The notes beneath the pieces were generated by a model, which was not told where the DNA came from, did no database searches, and saw only the letters and a list, made by a program, of their open reading frames with translations. The translations under genes were made by a program, and so were the position numbers. DNA of 64,000 nucleotides, taken from assembly GCF_006345805.1 (NCBI RefSeq), contig NC_043003.1, positions 55,986,001-56,050,000 of the forward strand, written 5' to 3'. The number at the start of each line of letters is the position of its first letter. Position 1 is the stretch's first letter. The DNA comes from Octopus sinensis. Taxonomy: Eukaryota. Shown here in pieces: positions 1-10,779 of the stretch.

Positions 1-2868
1 AGTAAAATTGAAAAAGAGATTGAATTTATGAGAGGGGAAATATCAATATTAAATGAACTAATATGTGGAAATGATGTAAGATCCAGAACAGGAAGAAAGA
101 TGAAGAGAAAATTTGGATCCTCACCAAGAGAAGAACTGATATCAATAAAAGAAACGCTGAAACAAAAAGTCCAAGCAAAGTCCAAAGAATACGAAGATTT
201 GAGAAGAGAAACAAGTTTTACAAGCAAAATAAGCTGTTCACATCCAATGCCTAAAAATTCTACAAAGAAATAGGGAAGGAGAAAGTAACCGTTAAAGACC
301 CCCCTCCCATGGAAGAAGTTATAAACTTTTGGAAAAATATTTGGAGTGACAAGAAGACGTACAACATAAATGCAGACTGGATTATACAAACTGAAGGATC
401 CTACCAAAATTTACAACAACAAGCATGGGAAGACATCACAATAGCAGACCTAAGAAAGGCACTCACGAAGGCCCATAATTGGAAATCCCCGGTAAAGATA
501 GGGTGCCGAATTTCTGGCTCGCATCGCTCCCATGCGCACACGGTAAGCTAGTTCAGCTGCTCAATGGAATTATGAGAGACCCAAAGAAATCACCTGAATG
601 GTTAGCAAGTGGGATTACTTACCTACTCCCAAAGAATAACGAAACCAACCTTCCAAAAAACTATCGGCCTATAACCTGTCTATCCACCACGTATAAAATC
701 CTAACATCTATCCTGGCGGAGAAAACATATGCATTCATGGAGAAGAATGATATTTTCCCCATTGAACAAAAAGGGTGCCGCCGAGTCTCTTACGGATGCA
801 AAGACCAACTGCTAATCAATCGTATGATCCTTGAGAACTGTCACAACAAGCGCAGAAATCTCAGCACCGCATGGATTGACTATAAAAAGCCTTCGACAGT
901 ATACTGCATCCATGGATCTTGAGATCGCTGGACATCTTCAAAATTTCCCCTGTGATTTCAAACTTCCTGAAGCACAATATGTCGTTGTGGAATACGAATC
1001 TCCAAGTATACCACTCTAATGGAGTACTTGCCTCAGAAAATATAAACATCAACTGTGGAATTTTTCAAGGTGACTCACTTTCACCTTTAATATTCTGCAT
1101 AGCTTTAATACCCCTTACAAGTGAATTAAACAGAACAGGGTATGGGTATAAAATTGCCAATAAAAAAATAAGCCATGGATGACTTAAAACTTTATGGTAA
1201 AGACAATAATGAACTTGAAGGCCTATTGCACACTGTGAAAGCATTCAACGATGACATCGGGATGGAGAATGGACTTGAGAAGTGTGCCAAGGCCACTTTC
1301 CAGAAAGGGAAAGTGAAGACCACAAATTCAGTCGTGTTAGATGTTGACACAGTCATAAGAGAGCTTGAGCAAGAACAAACATACAAAAATTTAGGGATAA
1401 ATGAAGGCTCTGGTATTCAGCATGCAAGCATGAAAGAGAAGATCAGGAAGGAATGTTATAGGAGAGTTCGTGCAGTCCTGAAATCTGAACTAAATGCACG
1501 TAACAAGGTGTTAGCTATAAATTACTTAGCAGTTCCAGTTGTTACTTATAGCTACAATGTGTTGAACTGGAATATGAGTGGAGTAAAGAATATAGATAGG
1601 AAAATACGCAAGCTGCTGAGTTGTAATAGGATGCACCACCCAAAGGCAGACGTAGATCGCCTTTACCTTCCCAGAACCCAAGGAGGTCGAGGCGTGATCC
1701 AATTTGAAGTAGCTTACAAAACAACCACAATTGGACTGGCCAAATATCTCGAAATATCGAATGACTGGATGCTAAAGCTCGTGGAAAATCACGAGAGACG
1801 AAAGAAGCTTCATTCTATCATAAAGGAAAGCAAAAAATTGCTATTGATCTCGTGCAGGATACCCAAACAGAACAACCGAGGGAAGTACGGCAATTATTGT
1901 TGCAAAGAAGGTGAAAATAATGGCAACGAAAAAAGCGCACGAGCAATTGGCTGATAGGTGGGAGGAGAAACCTCTGCACGGCAAATATGTGACCCGCAGC
2001 AAACAAGCTGATGTTGACCAGAAGCAAACCCATCAGTGGCTACGGAGCTCAGGGCTAAAAGCAGAGAGCGAAGGTTTCATCCTGGCTGCTCAAGATCAAA
2101 GCCTATTAACCCGGAACTACCAGGCCAATGTGATGAAAAATGGACATGATTGAAACAGTGGACCACCTAATCTCTGGATGTAAAGTCTTAGCTCCAGTGG
2201 AGTATAAATTAAGACATGATAGAGTTGGCCAATATCTCCACTGGCTAATAAGTCGGCATTACAATATCAAAACTGCCGACAAGTGGTATAATCACCACCC
2301 TGGGGCTGTAACTGAAGGAGAAAATGTAACCATTCTGTGGGACTTTCCAGTACATACAGACCGAACCATCAAGGCCAATAAACCAGATATTGTTGTGAAA
2401 GACCAAAACAATAAAGTTTGCTTATTGATCGACATGAGCATCCCCTGTGATCATAATATCTCAGCGAAAGAGTTTGACAAGCTCAGAAAATATAAAGACC
2501 TACTCATTGAAATTGAGAAAATGTGGCATCTCAAGGCGGTTACAATACCAGTGATCGTAGGAGCACTAGGAATGATCAAGAAGGGAACCGAAAATTATAT
2601 GTGAATGATCCCTGGCTTACCATCCCTGCAAGAAGGGCAAAATATTGTCTTAACTGGTACATCACACGTATTGAGAAGAGCATTGTCGATGTGTGAACTG
2701 TTGCTGCTCATGTATTTTAATTTAACTAAAAAAAAAAATTAAAAAAAATTAACGAACTATTGAGTTTGGTTTAATGGCCTACCAATGTATACTATGAGTT
2801 TCTTTGCCCTAAGCGTCGGGAAGACACTCGGCAAGAAATGGAAGCAAATTTGAAAGAGAAAAAAAAGT
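1..2868 (+). mobile_element. R4/Dong-clade non-LTR retrotransposon (RT + C-terminal restriction-like endonuclease), frameshifted, 5' end outside window
   Basis: Successive ORF pieces give NYRPITCLSTTYKILT, EQKGCR, AWIDYKK, GIFQGDSLSPLIF, MDDLKLYG, HLISGC, HDRVGQYLHW, ILWDFPVHTDRTIKANKPDIVV, IDMSIP and VGALG. The CxxC half of the zinc knuckle before ETVDHLISGC is missing. The 3' UTR ends in an A-run directly followed by (TAA)n. Confidence 0.93.
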
Positions 2869-2925
2869 AATAATAATAATAATAATGATGATGATGATGA
2901 TGATGATGATAACAACAACAACATC
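2869..2925. repeat. Compound triplet microsatellite (TAA)n(GAT)n(AAC)n
   Basis: Read directly. Confidence 0.95.
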
Positions 2926-3072
2926 AAAAAAGACCTTAGGAATGAGACCCCAGGTTCGAAATTTCCCCAAAGACACTTGATGAAGGCTGGATGGTATATC
3001 AGCCGAAACGTTGTGTTAACAACAAACAAGATAAGGTAAAAAAATCCGTCAATTGTAAATAATGTAAATAAT
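2926..3072 (+). mobile_element. Penelope-like repeat segment with minimal type I hammerhead (2972-3017, C3>T)
   Basis: gacac-tTGATGA-a-ggctg-gatggtatat-cagcc-GAAAC-GTT-gtgtt. Homologous copies lie at 7443-7578(-) and 7796-7935(+). Confidence 0.75.
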
Positions 3073-3089
3073 ATTTTCCGAAATATTAA

Positions 3090-3688
3090 TCTACCGAGGA
3101 ACGAAGAAAATTAACACAAGCCTCAAATCATAACAACAGATAATGTGGAAAGTGGCGAAGTGTTAGTGAAGGAGAAAGAAAAGGAAAGAACAGAAGAAAA
3201 AGAGGATAGAAAGCGAACGCGGGTGGAATCACCACCCAAAGACCAATAAAAGAAATACTAAAAAGAAGTCTGCCGACGAGACTGAGGATCGAACGTACGA
3301 AGGGAGAGATACAGCAACTAAAGTGAGTGAAATTTCAACGTGGGAAGAAACGAAAAAATGTTCAACAAAAGTGGAAGAATGTCTGAAAACATGCAAGGAA
3401 GGAGGAAGACCAAAAGGAAGAAATCTCAAAGCTGTAATGTTGTACAAAAAGAAATTGAGAAAAAAATTAGCGATAATGAAAAATCTAACGAGAGTGAAAT
3501 TGAACCCGAGGATATACGATAACCAAATAAAGGCTGCAATTGTGAATAAAGAGACGGTAAATAAATTAATAAATTTGTTTTCAAATACAGCTGTGTGGAT
3601 AGCGCACTACGTTCGATATGACAGTTTGCCCGGCATTATAGAACAGGATGAATTACTCGTTTACATTACTGACGAACACCCCAGATAG
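3090..3688 (+). pseudogene. Decayed ORF of an unknown K/E-rich protein (~190 aa, at least one frameshift) upstream of AATAAA and a hammerhead
   Basis: The frame of ORF 3323-3688 stays open upstream to at least ~3200, and another frame reads EKEKERTEEKEDRKRTRVESPPK. No recognisable RT or endonuclease motif. Confidence 0.4.
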
Positions 3689-3890
3689 TGCAACTGTAAT
3701 TGGAAATGAAACTGCGAGCTTTGGGGGTCTCGTAAGCCATTTCGTTTAATTCATTATTAATATTTCATTTGATATCATCCTTTCTGTACTTTTTTATATG
3801 TACTCCATGTCCTGTATTGTATTGTTATGTCCCCTCTTCATTCGGGCCATTGTGCCTATAATAAAGATTTTAACTAGCAGGAATCGCTAC

Positions 3891-3936
3891 CCTGGACTGA
3901 TGACGGGAAAGACCCAGAAACATGCATGTCTTCAGG
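3891..3936 (+). ncRNA. Type I hammerhead ribozyme, core intact, predicted cleavage after 3930
   Basis: Stem I cctgga/ttcagg, CTGATGA, stem II ggg/ccc, GAAAC, palindromic stem III ACATGCATGT, GTC triplet. Confidence 0.8.
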
Positions 3937-4153
3937 TGTGAATCCTAGCTGGTGGGGGTGCTTGCCTCCCCTTCGCAAATATAAGGACACAGGAAATGTG
4001 TCAAAGCCGACAGGAAGCGTCGATGCTTCCTAGGACTAAACTGCGGTGGTATAATTCCCTGACCGGACTGTCACGTTATGTTGACAGTATACAACCACTC
4101 TGTCGCTCTACCACCGCTCATGTCTCTTTGAGACATTTAGAAATTCAATATTC

Positions 4154-4156
<3 letters not shown>
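3937..4156 (+). repeat. Dispersed repeat downstream of the hammerhead, ending in (TA)n; second copy at 46938-47158
   Basis: Both copies share aaggacacaggaaatgtgtcaa, gccgacaggaag, gatgcttcctagg, ttgacagtatacaac and ttagaaatt(c/t)aatat, then (TA)n. Confidence 0.85.
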
Positions 4157-4202
<46 letters not shown>

Positions 4203-4204
<2 letters not shown>

Positions 4205-4381
4205 CGGATAAGCACATAAATGTGAAACAAGGTGGAAAAAAGAGTACTCAAATACCAACGGTAGAGTAATGTGCTTTACTTAAAAGCAGCAGAAATATAA
4301 CAAAAGCTGTTACTCGGCATTTCACTTTCACAGGAACGTGAAACTCCGAGTAACAGCTTTTGTTATATTTCTGCTGCTTTT
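4203..4381. repeat. Penelope-like fragment with perfect 36-bp inverted repeat (4282-4317/4346-4381) around a hammerhead 3' half
   Basis: Arm aaaagcagcagaaatataacaaaagctgttactcgg and its exact reverse complement; GAAAC-TCCGA-GTA at 4340-4352. Confidence 0.8.
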
Positions 4382-4801
4382 TAACAACTTACTCTGATAA
4401 GCTCAGTGACTATAACTAATTTCAGGCTACCTCAGACAGAAAGGATGCTCTTGAAGCCGAGGATTTTAGACTTACGGAGACTGTTTTTACACATCACCTG
4501 AGGAGATTCAAAGAGATCTCATGATGCAGGGAAACATTTGCATAATCAGGCAGCTGCCCATTTGGAGAACTATGTTGTGTTTGAAACAATTGTAGTGATT
4601 TTAAAAACTGTCCCACTCTACCCCTTTTTGTTGACTCCAATTTTTTCGATTATCTCTTCACACACGAAATACCCGAACGCAAAACTGAAAGTATGTATAA
4701 TGCAACTACTGGATAGCACAGGGGGAAATCTGAACGTGGACGAGCTTTATGCTGTACTCCAATACGTTCTTAATAAAACACACACACACACACACACGCA
4801 C

Positions 4802-4865
<64 letters not shown>

Positions 4866-4869
<4 letters not shown>

Positions 4870-5020
4870 ATCCAAGAGGACGTGGAACAAGTATAGTATT
4901 ATTGAACGCTCAGGAAAGAAGGAAAGAAGGAGGGTTTAATGTTTCGAGCGGAGCTCTTCGTCAGAAACATAGGAAAAGGAAAGATCCAAAGAAGGGAAGA
5001 CGGAGGATAGAAAATCGCCA
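4866..5020 (-). mobile_element. Short Penelope-like element between (TA)n tracts with minimal hammerhead (4934-4968)
   Basis: Minus strand gttt-CTGACGA-a-gagc-tcc-gctc-GAAAC-att-aaac. The G before the cleavage U is replaced by A. Confidence 0.7.
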
Positions 5021-5691
5021 TATATATATATAACATTGTAACTAGATCTATATTTAAATACGTATGTATTTATGCATGTGTATATGTATGTATCTATCTA
5101 TAATATATATACATGTGTTTGTGTATGCGTTTGTGTGTGTGTATGTGAGTATGCGCGTGTATGTTTGTGCGCATGCGCGCTCGTGTGTATGCACACACAC
5201 ACACACTCACACATATACATTCAGTCCTATAGTAGAAGACATTTGTGCTTGGGTTAATATTTCTGGCAAGTGATGTAAGCAAGTAGATATATCTTTGTTG
5301 GTTCATGATTCTCACTGTCTTCTATTTTCGTGCGTAATTGTATTTGAAAAAAATATGCCTTGTTGAGGTTTCTTCTATATCTTATCATGTTTTACTTTAT
5401 TTATTTTTACCTTTCAGAATTGTTGATATGTCTGCCGTTTGATATATGCAATGTTATCATTTGTGAAAGATCTTGAAACGGAAGTCATTTTCATCTTGTC
5501 CTACTCCATCATAACTGCAGCAACTGTATGTATGTTTGAATATGTGTATGTTGAGACACATATAAGTGTGTGTGTGTGTGTGCGTGAGAGTGTTTGTGTA
5601 TGTGTCTGTGTATGTATGTATATAAGTATATGTAAAATTTTGTAAATTGTTTACGGACTACTTTTGACATACATGTATGTAGGTATATATC

Positions 5692-5769
<78 letters not shown>

Positions 5770-6092
5770 CATATATATATAAGTGTATGATAAATGTATA
5801 TATATATATATATGCGCGTGATCTATACCTACATACATACGCACACATATATACATGTACATATATATATATATGTATATATACCAACATACATTCATGT
5901 ATACCTACATACGCATATATACATAAATATACACATCAATAATAACTATGTATAAATGTGTATGTGTATATACATATATGTGTCTGTATATATTTATATA
6001 TGTGTGTGTATATGTGTATATATATACATATATATATATATATATGTATATATACTATGTATATGTATACATGTATATATCCATATATATCC

Positions 6093-6160
<68 letters not shown>

Positions 6161-6465
6161 ATATACGTATGTATGTATGTACGTATATATTATGTATAAA
6201 ATTCTGTGAATGTATTTATGTCTGTATCTATTGAAACTATAAATCTACAGCATTAGCCAAATCTGCATTATATCTATTTGGTAGCAGAGGAGAATTGGCA
6301 AACCTATGTTAATTAATCAATGAGGAACGAACACATTGAGAAAAACGAGACATGTCTTTAGATTTATGGCAGAAATACAAAGCATCTCTGGATGATTTCC
6401 ACTCCAAAGCTGTATGCGGTCGATGTTTCTATATTTTAAATAGCTGAAACCTTTTACATTGTTAG

Positions 6466-6603
6466 CAATGACATTTTTTTATTCACTTGCTCCAATCACT
6501 ATACCTCAATGCGCACAATTTGGTGATACTGCAGCAGTTCATCCTTATTGCCCCCCAGTATATTGTGCGTTAGGACTCCTATATCTTGTTTCGTACTTTT
6601 GGA
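6466..6603 (+). CDS. Candidate internal coding exon (138 nt, phase 1-1), hydrophobic product
   Basis: Acceptor ttttacattgttag| and donor gga|gtaagt. Open frame MTFFYSLAPITIPQCAQFGDTAAVHPYCPPVYCALGLLYLVSYFW. No partner exons confirmed. Confidence 0.3.
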
Positions 6604-6651
6604 GTAAGTAGTGAAATCTCAGTATATAACTTGGTGATAAGCATTTTACAT

Positions 6652-6970
6652 GTGAAGGTGCGTGGCTGTGTGGTTAAGATTCGTGCGCTATCATAAAGCT
6701 GTGAGTTCGATTTCCAGTGGTGCGTTGTGTTCTTGAAGACAATACTTTATTTCACGTTACTGCTGTCCACTCAGCTGTCTAAAATAAGTTGTACCTGTAA
6801 TTCAAAGAGCCTGTTTCGTATCACTGTGTCAAGCTGAACTCCCTGCAAAGCACGTTCAGGGACCACTTGTCTTTGAAGTGCTCAACCAGTTGTACCTTAA
6901 TTTACGAGCAGGCTGTTCTCGTGATCGTATCAGTTGGAACACTCCTCATCCTCGTGACTGTCGCAGAGCC
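6652..6970 (+). mobile_element. tRNA-derived SINE, degenerate
   Basis: A-box-like gtggctgtgtggttaag and B-box-like gagttcgatttcc; body shared with 8641-9020 (gttgtacctgta.ttcaaagagcc, agcaggctgtt). Confidence 0.75.
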
Positions 6971-7166
6971 AGGTCAAATGTGTTACACAATATTTCTGCG
7001 AACCTTCAACATGTTTCATTGTGCGCTTTACATTCTCTCTCTGAAACTAAAATGCTTTGACTTCAATAATACTGACTGCTATCTGCATAAGTGTTCTCTA
7101 CTATAACTTCGGATGTACCAAATTTTGAAAAGAAAATGTGGAGGAGTGAACACTCTGATACGTACA

Positions 7167-7442
7167 TCTTTATATATAAAAGTGAAGTTGTGTGTCTGTC
7201 TCCTACGATTTAGATTCCTAACTACTCCCACATTTTGCGGTGCAGTTTAACCAAAACCGGGTATCTTGTAGTCGTGATTGATATCGAGCCCTTCTGGGTA
7301 TTAGCGCGCGTCGACGATGAGTCTACGATTTAAAAAAAAATTACCATAATTTTTTTCCATTTTAATGCATTTTTTGCTATTTTTGGGCTATAACTCTCTA
7401 AAAATGCTTATATAGTTATTTCCCTTACAAACGAACTGCTAG
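7167..7442 (+). mobile_element. Non-autonomous Helitron derivative
   Basis: A|TCtttatatataaaagtgaagttgtgtgtctgtc 5' end, ctgCTAG|T 3' end, inserted in an AT dinucleotide. No subterminal hairpin visible. Confidence 0.65.
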
Positions 7443-7692
7443 TTATTTATATTCGACATTTGTACTCATCTTGTGTGTTGTTAATATAACGTTTCGGCTG
7501 ATATACTCTCCAGCTTTCTTCAGGTGTCCTGGAAAATTGCGAACCTGGGTTCTCTTCCCTAAGGTATTTTTCGATGTTATTATTATTATTATTATTATTA
7601 TTCAGGTCACTGCCTGGAGTCGAACTCGGAATCTTGCTGTTAGTAGCCCGCGCTCTTATCCACTACGCCATATGCCCCGGGCATATGGCTTA

Positions 7693-7789
<97 letters not shown>

Positions 7790-7935
7790 CAACAACAACA
7801 TTGAAAAATACCTTAGGAATGAGACCCCAGATTCGAAATTTCCCCAAGACACCTGTTGAAGGGTGGAGGGTATATCAGCCGAAACATTGTGTTAAGATGA
7901 GGATAAATATCCGTCGAATGTAACTAATGTAAATA
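7443..7935. mobile_element. Divergent inverted dimer of a tRNA-head/(AAT)n/hammerhead composite repeat
   Basis: Left arm on minus: tRNA-like head 7677-7603, (AAT)n, HHR body. Right arm on plus: the first ~15 nt of the head, (TAA)n, HHR body. Centre gccatatgccc-c-gggcatatggc. Confidence 0.75.
7603..7677 (-). pseudogene. tRNA-like SINE head (75 nt) with Pol III A and B boxes
   Basis: GGGCATATGGCGTAGTGGATAAGAGCGCGGGCTACTAACAGCAAGATTCCGAGTTCGACTCCAGGCAGTGACCTG. A box TGGCGTAGTGG, B box AGTTCGACTCC; the cloverleaf is imperfect. Confidence 0.7.
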
Positions 7936-8640
7936 ATTCCTCATCTCTTAATGCTGGACGGTATAAACCCTACACAGTTGAAAGCATGGACGCTGGCCCG
8001 ACTTCTTCATAATTTCCCCCACTTCATACCCCGTACTCCAGAAGTCCTGAAAAATATTTGGTTCAAAAATAAATGAATAAATTATCAATCTGAAGCATTT
8101 CAAGTAAAATACTACTCACATTGATTTGCATTCACTTACACAACTCCAATGTGAACTGGTAGTTTCTTCACCTTGGGCGAAAGTATTTACATTAAATTAT
8201 TATGTATTTTACTAGTGAAAAAATAAAATTATTTTCTAAGATCACTGATTGCTATAGAATTCGAAATATGAGATACAATAGTGAATACCATTATTGTCGA
8301 TTTCAACGAAAGATCATATAGTTTTTTAACAAAGCACGGATTAAATGAATAGGACATCAAATAAAGCCATTTTGCAGTATCGTCTTCGCAAAATGCTTAT
8401 TGGCAAATATTTTAGTTCTATACTTCTTGCAGTTGTGTAACCTAAGGTTGGTTCGTATAAAATAGTCGTTTTTGCACGCAGCTTAACACGAATAAGAATA
8501 ACCAAACCAACTATAGGATATACGATGCATTTGATTAGTTTACAAATCAATACTGCACTGTACAGTTGCAATTGACAATTTGGATTTTAATTTCAATTGT
8601 TCAATCTCCTTCATTTTAACTAATGCGTAGTTGTAGGTCA

Positions 8641-9020
8641 GTGGAGGCGCAATGGCCCAGTGGTTACTGCAGCGGAGACGCGGTCATAGGAACGCTGTTT
8701 CAATTCCCAGAACGGGCTTTGTGAGTGTTTACTGAGCGAAAACACTTAAAGCTCTACGAGGGTGCTGCAGCGGGCGGTGGCGAATCCTGCTTTACTCTTT
8801 CATCACAACTTTCTCTCACTCTTTCTTCCTGTTAATGTTGTACCTGTATTTCAAAGAGCCGGCCTTCGCAAACTCTGTGTCACGCCGAATCTCCCCGAGA
8901 ACTACGTTAGGGGTACGCGTGTCTGTGAAGTGCTCAGCCACTTGCACATTAATTTCACTAGCAGGCTGTTCCATTGATTGGATCAACTGGAACCCTCGTC
9001 GTCGTAACCGACGCAGTGCC
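8641..9020 (+). mobile_element. tRNA-derived SINE
   Basis: ggaggcgcaatggcccagtggtt head; body homologous to 6652-6970 and to the fragment near 54750-54900. Confidence 0.8.
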
Positions 9021-9049
9021 GTAGTGTTCTAGGTCAACACTAAATAATT

Positions 9050-9275
9050 GTCGGAGCCCTAGAAACAGTGAGTAAAATTCTTGAAAAGTACATGGAACAA
9101 ATAGGGGCTGCAATAAGGGTGAAGCACTTGCAGAAAACGGCACTGCTTGAAACCGCTCGAATACTCCGGAAGGTGATCGAAATTTATAAAGGGTATTACA
9201 TTAGTTCAGTGGTAGTGAACAGCTGGCACCGTACTACATCTCCAGCGTTAGAAGCTGTACAAAGACAATAAATAA
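9050..9275 (+). mobile_element. R4/Dong-type LINE 3' terminal fragment
   Basis: VGALETVSKILEKYMEQIGAAIRVKHLQKTALLETARILRKVIE, followed by a (TAA/CTA)n tract. Confidence 0.75.
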
Positions 9276-9289
9276 AAATATATATATAT

Positions 9290-9316
9290 AAATAATAATA
9301 GTAATAGTAATAACAA

Positions 9317-9349
<33 letters not shown>

Positions 9350-9600
9350 CACCACCACCACCACTACTACTACTACTACTAATAATAATAATAATAATAA
9401 TAGTAATAATAATAATAATAATAGTAAGGATAATAATAATAATAATAATGATTAATAATAATAATAATAATAATAATGATAATAAAATAATAATAATAAT
9501 AATATTAATAATAATAACAATAATAATGATAAGAAGAAGAAGAAGAAGAGGAGGAGAAGGAGAAGGAGAAGGAGAAGAAGAAGAAGAAGGAAGAGGAGAA
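9290..9600. repeat. Compound triplet microsatellite (TAA, CTA, CAC, GAA, GGA)
   Basis: Read directly. Confidence 0.95.
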
Positions 9601-9795
9601 GAAGAAAATTGGAGTAGTCAAAATGTAGGGCATGAAGGTAAAAATAATACGAGTAATAACTGGAGCATTGGGCATGATAAAAAATCATATGAACAAAAAT
9701 GGAAAAGCTATACCTGGATCATCAGCACTACACAGTTTCCAAAAATTATCCATGCTAGGAATAGCCCATATCTTACGCAAGAAGCTATCAATCCA
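9601..9795 (+). mobile_element. R4/Dong-type LINE C-terminal fragment, decayed
   Basis: KIIRVITGALGMIKNH...IPGSSALHSFQKLSMLGIAHILRKKLSI parallels the C-terminus of the element at 1-2868. Confidence 0.65.
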
Positions 9796-10028
9796 ATGAT
9801 GAAATTTCTACAAAACAACCCACAAATACAACGCACACTTAGTACAGCATTACCCAATGAAATAAACTCCCACCAGCAAGTTAGCAAACCGAAGCATTAC
9901 ACACTCAACACACAATACAGTACCGGAGAAAAAGAACTAACATTATACATTGCTGATAAGAGTTTGCACACTCCTACCAGCAGGTAATGCAGAAGAATTT
10001 TGTCTCAATCAACCAAATATTGAACAGC

Positions 10029-10102
<74 letters not shown>

Positions 10103-10110
10103 TGATAATA

Positions 10111-10630
10111 AAATGCCCTGATGCAGTACCATAAATGCCCTGATGCAGTACCAGGCAGTGGCTCTCATGGCTTCTGATCTTAACTGATTGGAAGTGTTAT
10201 CATGTACGTTGTTTTGTCTTGGTATAAAAGATGGGCTACACAGCATATTCTGCTCAATACCACATATTTGCTTGTCAGTTGTTTGACCTAACCAGTTGAG
10301 CATGTCCCTTAGTGGCTGACGATATGTGCACTCTGATCACGAGCAGAAGTAGTGGGGGAGCATCATAGCCATGTGTTGAGAGGGATTCTTTTGGGGTTGA
10401 ATAATTCACTTCTGGAAACATGGGTGGTTCTTTCAACATCCTTAAACAACCCATATTCAGGGACCTTTTGAGTGGGATGGGCTACTCAACCTGAAGAAAA
10501 TTCTAACTGGGCCCCACCTGCAAGGTCATGTGCTGTTTATCTTGATATGAGATCACCATGTCGCGCACATATGGTTGTGATGCATGTGCCTGGTGTACCT
10601 TTATCAGACAGGTAGTCATGATGGGTATCT
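10111..10630. repeat. Unclassified ~520-bp element between (TAA)n tracts, with a 21-bp tandem duplication at its left end
   Basis: aaatgccctgatgcagtacca at 10111-10131 and 10133-10153. Higher GC than flanks; no second copy in the window. Confidence 0.35.
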
Positions 10631-10779
10631 TGGGCTTCGTATATTTTACCCCAGTGTCACTTTGATGGCATGCACTGCTCTCTCACTCAATAATAATAAT
10701 AATAATAATAAAGATGATGATGTTGATGACGACGACGACGACGACAACAACAACAACAACAACAATAATAATGATGCAG

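Noticed and set aside
5418-5470. LPFDICNVII as a Cys-loop receptor signature
   Set aside because: Spacing is wrong for the Cys-loop motif and an in-frame stop follows.
7603-7677. Functional tRNA gene
   Set aside because: The acceptor and anticodon stems pair poorly, and it is followed by (AAT)n rather than a T-run terminator.
9448-9987. 179-aa ORF
   Set aside because: It consists of a triplet repeat plus an out-of-frame reading of a LINE remnant.
10405-10505. GAAAC followed by CTGAAGA as a permuted hammerhead
   Set aside because: No cleavage triplet or stem II pairing could be built.
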